A stretch of 40,727 bases of DNA from contig CAYXYX010000001.1 of the NCBI GenBank assembly GCA_964469755.1, forward strand, positions 1 through 40,727, read 5' to 3'. A program made the translations under genes and the position numbers. The first letter of the stretch is position 1. The number at the start of each line of letters is the position of its first letter. The notes under the pieces were generated by a model. That model was not told the origin of the DNA, searched no databases, and saw only the letters and a list, made by a program, of their open reading frames with translations. This document shows positions 35,107 through 40,727 of the stretch, one piece after another. Source of the DNA: an uncultured Candidatus Saccharibacteria bacterium. GTDB taxonomy: Bacteria; Patescibacteriota; Saccharimonadia; Saccharimonadales; UBA4665.

Positions 35107-36831
35107 ATGGCAGATCCAAATAAAGATACGATTTATGTAGATATTGATGACGAAATTACCGTCATTATTGATAAAGTCCGCGCTAGTTCCGCCAAGGTCG
35201 TTGCCCTGGTATTACCAAAGCGCGCCACTACCTTACAGAGCATTGTGAATATGAAGCTGCTTAAGCGCAGTGCCGACGAAGCAAAGAAGAATTTAGTACT
35301 TATAACCACCGAATCTGGCCTGCTGCCGTTAGCGGGCGCTGTTGGGCTGCATGTTGCTAAAACTCCAAGTAGTCACCCCGAAATTCCGGCTGCACCAGTA
35401 GCCATGGGTGCGAATGAAGAACTTGTAGATGAAGACGTTAATCTTAATGACGACGAGCCTGAGCCCGCCACAGCCGCAAATTCCGGTGCTCGTACCGTGG
35501 GTGAACTTGCCGCAGCCACAATGCTTTTGCCCGAACGTCCAGCTGCCGATAATGGTATAGAAACTCTAGAGCTTGATAATGAAGATGCTTCGGCCGCAGC
35601 GCCAATTGCTGCATCAAGCGCCACCAAAGCAAAGCCAAAAAAAGACAAAAAACTGAAAGTACCGGACTTTGATCGTTTTAAGATGATTCTTATTTTCGGA
35701 AGTATCCTCCTCGGTTTACTGGTGGTTGGCGGTTACTTTGCGTTGGTGGTGATGCCAAAAGCGACTATAGATGTTAAGACTAATGCCAGCAACGTAAACA
35801 CCAATGTAACGCTCACGTTGAGCACGACTGCGACCTCTGTTGATCCAAGCACCAATACGATTCCGGCTAAGCAAGTTCAGGCGCAAAAAACCTACACAGG
35901 TAACGCGCCGGCCACCGGACAAAAGAATAATGGCGATAAAGCTACCGGTAGTATCACTATGAGCGCAGGCAGCTGTAGTGCGAATATTCCGTCCAGCGTG
36001 CCAAGTGGTTCGGGCGTGAGTTCTGGTGGCAAAACCTACATCACCCAGTCAGTTACGTCCTTCTTCCCAACATCACAGGGTAATAAGTGTGTATATAAGG
36101 CCACGCAAGCCACCGACATAAAGGCTCAGCTTGGTGGAGCTGGTTATAACACCGATGCCAACGCCACCTTTAGTGTTTCTGGCCGCTCTGACATTAGTGC
36201 GACAGGTTCAGCAAGTGGTGGCACCGACGAAATTCAGACAATCGTTATCCAAGCAGACATCGAAAACGCTAAGGGCAAGATCAACACCACCGATAACACC
36301 GTGCAGGCTGACTTAAGCGATCAGCTTGAGGCGCAAGGCTTGTTTGCAGTCGCAGCTACCTATAACGTGGGCACGCCAACAGTAACAAGCAGTGCAAATG
36401 TTGGTGACGCGGCTACGTCTGTAACGGTCACCGAGAATGTTACCTATACGATGTTGGGCGTTAAAGAAACTGACGTTCAGACACTGGTTGACAATGATAT
36501 TAAGGGTCAAATCGATACCTCAAAACAGGCTATTCTTAGCCGTGGCATTACGCAAGCAGCTTTCAAACTTAAAACAGTAACCACGAGCACCGGTGCGGTT
36601 ATGACACTCCAGACGGTCGCCACCGTTGGCCCGTCGATTGATACCGCGCAGATTGCCAAAGATGCCGCCGGTAAGAAGAGCGGGGCAATTCAGTCAGACC
36701 TCAAAGAAAATCCAGACGTCACTGAAGTGACCGTTAAATTCAGTCCGTTCTGGGTCAACAAAGCACCAAAGAACGTCGACAAGATTACTGTCATCGTTCA
36801 GAAACCAACTAAAACTGCCGATGCTAACTAG
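35107..36831 (+). CDS. Bitopic membrane protein of unknown function
   Basis: 574 aa. The N-terminal domain is 'IYVDIDDEITVIIDKVRASSAKVVALVLPKRATTLQSIVNMKLLKRSA...'. An acidic/Ala-rich linker follows, then the TM helix 'MILIFGSILLGLLVVGGYFALVVM', then a beta-rich domain of about 350 aa. Confidence 0.6.
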   Translation: MADPNKDTIYVDIDDEITVIIDKVRASSAKVVALVLPKRATTLQSIVNMKLLKRSADEAKKNLVLITTESGLLPLAGAVGLHVAKTPSSHPEIPAAPVAMGANEELVDEDVNLNDDEPEPATAANSGARTVGELAAATMLLPERPAADNGIETLELDNEDASAAAPIAASSATKAKPKKDKKLKVPDFDRFKMILIFGSILLGLLVVGGYFALVVMPKATIDVKTNASNVNTNVTLTLSTTATSVDPSTNTIPAKQVQAQKTYTGNAPATGQKNNGDKATGSITMSAGSCSANIPSSVPSGSGVSSGGKTYITQSVTSFFPTSQGNKCVYKATQATDIKAQLGGAGYNTDANATFSVSGRSDISATGSASGGTDEIQTIVIQADIENAKGKINTTDNTVQADLSDQLEAQGLFAVAATYNVGTPTVTSSANVGDAATSVTVTENVTYTMLGVKETDVQTLVDNDIKGQIDTSKQAILSRGITQAAFKLKTVTTSTGAVMTLQTVATVGPSIDTAQIAKDAAGKKSGAIQSDLKENPDVTEVTVKFSPFWVNKAPKNVDKITVIVQKPTKTADAN

Positions 36832-37228
36832 CTACCTTGCACTAGATGTAGGGAGGGCCAGAATTGGTATTGCCTTGGCAAATGACATTGCTCGTATTGC
36901 CAGTCCATTGCCAACACTGGCCAACGACGAGTTATTTGTCGAGCGTTTGCAGGCATTAATCAAGCAGCACGATGTTAGTCGCATAATCATCGGTTGGCCA
37001 CGAGGCTTGGATGGCCAAATGACCGATCAGACCAGATATGTAGAATCATTTATGGCTAATTTAGCCAAAGTGATTACGTTACCGATGGGACGACAAGATG
37101 AAGCGTTGACATCAGTAAAGGCCGAAAGCGAGCTTGAGCGACGAGGCGTTCCTTATGAAAGAGGTGACATCGACAGTCTGAGTGCGGTATTTATTCTAGA
37201 TGATTTTTTGGCTGAAGGAGTACACTAG
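36821..37228 (+). CDS. ruvX: Holliday junction resolvase-like / pre-16S rRNA nuclease RuvX (YqgF)
   Basis: 135 aa with 'LALDVGRARIGIALA', 'IIIGWPRGLDG' and 'DEALTSV'. Confidence 0.85.
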   Translation: MLTSYLALDVGRARIGIALANDIARIASPLPTLANDELFVERLQALIKQHDVSRIIIGWPRGLDGQMTDQTRYVESFMANLAKVITLPMGRQDEALTSVKAESELERRGVPYERGDIDSLSAVFILDDFLAEGVH

Positions 37229-37236
37229 TAGGGTTT

Positions 37237-38289
37237 ATGAGGTTTACATCGAGCAAGAAGCGTCCGCATGCGCCGTTTAAACGGCTGATTGTCGTTGGGT
37301 TTATACTGCTTATTGCGCTTATCGGTACCGCAATTTTTGTGCGTCACGCGTATTACCAGAATCTTAAACCCGTCAGCTCTAGTCAGACAACAACAATTGT
37401 GAACATCCCCAGTGGTAGTTCCGTTAAACAGATTGCCAATAAACTGGCCGACGCCGGCGTTATTCATAATGCCTGGGTGTTTGAGTGGTATGTGCATAGT
37501 AAGGAGCTTGGGGACAAATTACAGGCGGGCACCTATGCCTTTTCGCCTAGTGAAAACCTGCCCCACATTGTAAGTACACTCACAAAGGGTAAAGTCACGA
37601 CTCGTTTGGTGACGATTTTGCCCGGCCGAAGTATTAATCAAGTGCGAGCTGATCTGATTAACGATGGCTTTAGCGTGGCATCAGTTGACGCAGCACTTGT
37701 ACCGAGCCGTTATAGTGATGTGCCGGTTATGTCGTTCGTACCGGAAGGCACAAACTCGCTAGAGGGTATGTTGTACCCCGATTCATTCCAGCGCACCGAA
37801 AACACCCAACCAACACAGATTATCCGTGAATCACTTATTGAGATGGGCAATCATTTGCCACCGAGTCTGCAAGCTGCCTATGCAACAAAAGGGTTGAATG
37901 TGTACGAAGCCATTACAATCGCTTCGATTATTGAAAAGGAAGTGTCTAAGACGAGCGATCGTGAGCAAGTTGCTCAAGTATTCTTATCGCGACGCGCACA
38001 GGGCATGTCGCTAGGATCGGATGTGACAGCCTTTTACGGTTCGGTGATAGCTGGTCGAGAACCTTCGGTCAAATATGATTCCCCCTACAACACCCTCATC
38101 CACACTGGGTTGCCGCCAACCCCTATAAGTACGGTGAGCGAAACTTCGTTGCATGCTGTAGCCTTCCCAGCGGCTACCAGTTGGCTCTTTTTTGTGGCCG
38201 GCGACGACGGCACAACCCACTTTTCGCAGACAAATGAGCAGCACCAGGCCGATGCCGACCAGTATTGCCACAAGCTTTGCGGGCGCTAA
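37237..38289 (+). CDS. mltG: Endolytic murein transglycosylase MltG (YceG-like)
   Basis: 350 aa. It has an N-terminal TM helix, 'LQAGTYAF', 'ASIIEKE', 'LGSDVT', 'YNTLIHTGLPPTPISTVS' and 'FVAGDDGTTHFSQTNEQH'. Confidence 0.88.
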   Translation: MRFTSSKKRPHAPFKRLIVVGFILLIALIGTAIFVRHAYYQNLKPVSSSQTTTIVNIPSGSSVKQIANKLADAGVIHNAWVFEWYVHSKELGDKLQAGTYAFSPSENLPHIVSTLTKGKVTTRLVTILPGRSINQVRADLINDGFSVASVDAALVPSRYSDVPVMSFVPEGTNSLEGMLYPDSFQRTENTQPTQIIRESLIEMGNHLPPSLQAAYATKGLNVYEAITIASIIEKEVSKTSDREQVAQVFLSRRAQGMSLGSDVTAFYGSVIAGREPSVKYDSPYNTLIHTGLPPTPISTVSETSLHAVAFPAATSWLFFVAGDDGTTHFSQTNEQHQADADQYCHKLCGR

Positions 38290-38470
38290 AAATATCACCT
38301 CAGAGCGCTTATGTTTGCACATTGCTGCATTTTTGATAAACTTAAGAGGTAATTTGTGGGTCTCGCAGCGTTAACTGACCCCTGTTACCACTACATAGAA
38401 TCTTACACTGATCGAAGCATTAAGGAGTTAGGTTATTAGTAATCCAACCGGCAGAACTGCGGTAGCACCC

Positions 38471-39565
38471 GTGCCGCATATCGCGCGTTCCTCGACTCGT
38501 ACATCGTACGGTCGCTTCACTAAATTATTTCGTAAAAAGAGCAACCGACGTCGTGTGATCACGGCGTCCATTATTGTTGGTAATGTTGCCATATTAGCCA
38601 TCGTCACGAGTGTTATTTTAATTAGCTCTAAGCAAGGTTCGGCGGATGTTCCGCTCGCCGCTACCGTTGACAGTACCAATCAGGTTGCAGCAAACCCGCT
38701 TGATCAGGTATCTTCGGCAAATATCGCCGAAACGGTGGCTCGCATGAGTAGCTTGCCCGAAACAACTGCCGTTACCAACCAAGCCGATAGCGAAACCACC
38801 GAATTAGCCATGGCTCCAACCACATCTAATGTTGTCGATAAGCCGCAAGTAGTCAGTACGTCGGCGTTTGCCTCGAATAAAGATATAAAGACCTACACTG
38901 CGGTCGCCGGCGACACCATCAACTCGATTGCTGCCAAATTTGGAATTACCTCCGACAGTATTCGTTGGTCGAACAACCTTACCGGTGATGCTGTCGCTCC
39001 TGGCGCGCAATTATTAATACCACCGGTCACTGGCATGGTCTATACAGTTGCCGCCGGTGACACCCCCACTACACTTGCAGCTAAATACAAAGCTGATCAG
39101 AATAAAATTATTGCCTTCAACGATGCCGAACTGAGCGGTATTCAGGTTGGTCAACGTATTCTCATACCAGATGGCAGTAAAGCTGCCGCAATTGTGACTG
39201 CTGCCGCCAGCCGGTCTGGCTCATTCACAGGTTCGGCGAGCTATGGCGGTTACAATGGCTATGACTTTGGGTACTGTACCTACTGGGTGGCAAAATTGCG
39301 TGCGGCTGCCGGCAACCCCGTACCAACAAACCTTGGCAATGCGGCGACCTGGGCTGTCCGAGCTGCTGGCATGGGTCTCGCAACGGGCACAACGCCACGT
39401 GTCGGTGCAGCGGTTGTTACTAAGAGCACCGGCGCAGGTCACGTTGCTTACGTGACTGGCGTCAACGATGACGGCAGCATTACGATTTCCGAGATGAACC
39501 ACGCTGGCTGGAACCGTACCGACACTCGCGTTATTAGCGGCTCGGGCTTCCGCTACGTCTATTAG
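38471..39565 (+). CDS. Peptidoglycan hydrolase with two LysM repeats and a C-terminal CHAP domain
   Basis: TM or signal anchor, then LysM repeats 'YTAVAGDTINSIAAKFGITSDSIRWSNNL' and 'YTVAAGDTPTTLAAKYKADQNKIIAFNDA'. The CHAP Cys and His motifs are 'GYCTYWVA' and 'GHVAYV'. The start is uncertain (GTG 38471, or ATT 38435 behind a strong SD). Confidence 0.8.
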   Translation: MPHIARSSTRTSYGRFTKLFRKKSNRRRVITASIIVGNVAILAIVTSVILISSKQGSADVPLAATVDSTNQVAANPLDQVSSANIAETVARMSSLPETTAVTNQADSETTELAMAPTTSNVVDKPQVVSTSAFASNKDIKTYTAVAGDTINSIAAKFGITSDSIRWSNNLTGDAVAPGAQLLIPPVTGMVYTVAAGDTPTTLAAKYKADQNKIIAFNDAELSGIQVGQRILIPDGSKAAAIVTAAASRSGSFTGSASYGGYNGYDFGYCTYWVAKLRAAAGNPVPTNLGNAATWAVRAAGMGLATGTTPRVGAAVVTKSTGAGHVAYVTGVNDDGSITISEMNHAGWNRTDTRVISGSGFRYVY

Positions 39566-39594
39566 TTTACATTTTAAATATTTTAGTTTATAGT
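39566..39594 (+). promoter_or_regulatory. Promoter TTTACA-N17-TATAGT upstream of obg
   Basis: TTTACA at 39566-39571 and TATAGT at 39589-39594. Confidence 0.4.
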
Positions 39595-39620
39595 AATATA
39601 CTTAACCCCACCCAAGAATT

Positions 39621-40727
39621 ATGAATTTTATTGATAGCGTATCGGTCTCAGTGCAGGCAGGTGAAGGCGGCCACGGCAAGCTGAGCTTTAGGCATGAAAA
39701 ATTCGAGTCGCGCGGCGGTCCCGACGGTGGTGACGGTGGCAACGGTGGTAATGTCGTTCTAGTTGCCAGCCGTAATCAAAACACGCTTGTGCAGTTCCGT
39801 TTTAAAAAAGAAATTATTGCTGAACCTGGTAAGCCCGGTGGCACCAACAACAAACATGGTCGTAGCGCCAAGCACTTGTTAGTACCAGTTCCGGTCGGCA
39901 CAATTGTCACTAATGCCGATGGCGTCATGGTGGCCGATCTTGTGGTTGATGGACAGGAAGTTATTATTGCGCGCGGCGGTCGCGGCGGCTTTGGCAATGC
40001 ACACTTTGTGTCATCTCGTCGTCAAGCTCCGAACTTTGCCGAAAAGGGTGAACCCGGTGATGAATTCGAACTTAAATTCGAACTTAAAATGATTGCCGAT
40101 GTTGGTCTAGTTGGGCTCCCGAACGCAGGCAAATCAACCCTGTTAAGTCGTATTAGTAATGCTCGACCCGAAATCGCCGATTATCCCTTTACGACGCTTA
40201 CACCTAACCTGGGCGTTGTGAGCATTGATGACGAAACGTCAGTGCTATTTGCCGATATCCCTGGCTTGATTGAAGGCGCTGCTGATGGCCGTGGCCTGGG
40301 GCATGACTTTTTAAAGCACGTCGAGCGCACGGCTGTAATTGTTCACCTTATTGACGCATACCAAGACGACGTGGTGGCTACTTACAAAGTAATCCGCACG
40401 GAACTTGAAGCCTACGCTAAAGAAATGGCCGAACGCCCCGAAATCATTGCCCTCACCAAAGTTGAGGGTTTGGATGACGAGATAGTTGACGACCTTAAGA
40501 AGCAATTAAAAAAAGCTGCTGGCAAGAATGCCCAAGTCATGGCAATTTCATCGGCCGCGGGCACAGGTCTTAAAGAAATGCTTTTTGCTGTTAAAAAGGT
40601 CGTCGCCATGGAACGCGCCAAAGTTATTGAAGCCGAAGCTGCTCCTCGAATCCCAACACTCAAGCTAGCCGAAACAGCTGCTTCGTGGCGGTTTAGTAAG
40701 GAAAACGGCGTATTCCTGATAACCGAC
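39621..40727 (+). CDS. obg: GTPase Obg/CgtA; the 3' end runs off the window
   Basis: The frame is open from the ATG at 39621 to the window end. It has the Obg fold 'GGHGKLSFRHEKF...GGPDGGDGGNGG' and G-motifs 'GLPNAGKST' and 'DIPGLIEGA'. This ORF is absent from the supplied track because it has no stop in the window. Confidence 0.9.
   Translation, partial: MNFIDSVSVSVQAGEGGHGKLSFRHEKFESRGGPDGGDGGNGGNVVLVASRNQNTLVQFRFKKEIIAEPGKPGGTNNKHGRSAKHLLVPVPVGTIVTNADGVMVADLVVDGQEVIIARGGRGGFGNAHFVSSRRQAPNFAEKGEPGDEFELKFELKMIADVGLVGLPNAGKSTLLSRISNARPEIADYPFTTLTPNLGVVSIDDETSVLFADIPGLIEGAADGRGLGHDFLKHVERTAVIVHLIDAYQDDVVATYKVIRTELEAYAKEMAERPEIIALTKVEGLDDEIVDDLKKQLKKAAGKNAQVMAISSAAGTGLKEMLFAVKKVVAMERAKVIEAEAAPRIPTLKLAETAASWRFSKENGVFLITD

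Overview
This 40.7 kb window is gene-dense, about 50% GC, and has no rRNA, tRNA, CRISPR array, integrase or transposase that I can see. The gene content suggests a reduced-genome monoderm bacterium, possibly Patescibacteria/Saccharibacteria-like. The pointers are minimal MetRS and AlaRS, a type IV pilin-like gene, LysM-CHAP and MltG wall enzymes, and many leaderless-looking promoters. This taxonomic call is inference only. The housekeeping backbone is: a GH5 fragment, typA, a GH37 trehalase, a HIT protein, metG, tatD, a cysteine desulfurase, a divergent F1-type ATP synthase block (b-like, delta, alpha, gamma, beta, epsilon), mnmA, alaS, ftsA, ruvX, mltG, a LysM-CHAP hydrolase and obg. The stand-out region is about 16.2-25.3 kb. 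It holds five same-strand paralogous secreted proteins, all beta-rich with even cysteine counts, sharing an N-terminal strand motif and a C-terminal '...AGxYxxxxxxxAxGxF' end. They are followed by a two-domain protein with a C-terminal TM anchor (architecture reminiscent of DUF916/DUF3324 CscA proteins of WxL loci) and a PKD-domain tail-anchored protein. A divergently transcribed beta-helical surface protein lies upstream. I could not assign these proteins to any named pilus, S-layer or adhesin family, so I propose the locus as a candidate undescribed surface-fibre or surface-complex assembly system. Secondary oddities: (1) the ATP synthase block has no recognisable a or c subunit gene in the window, but is preceded by a secreted protein ending in a c-subunit-like hairpin with no carboxylate. 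(2) A 100-nt hairpin with 26-bp perfect arms follows the locus. (3) A pilin-like gene encodes no globular domain. (4) An alpha/beta-hydrolase gene with a Tat-like signal is split by a frameshift. All coordinates, motifs and repeats were read by eye from the sequence and ORF track. No database search was run.
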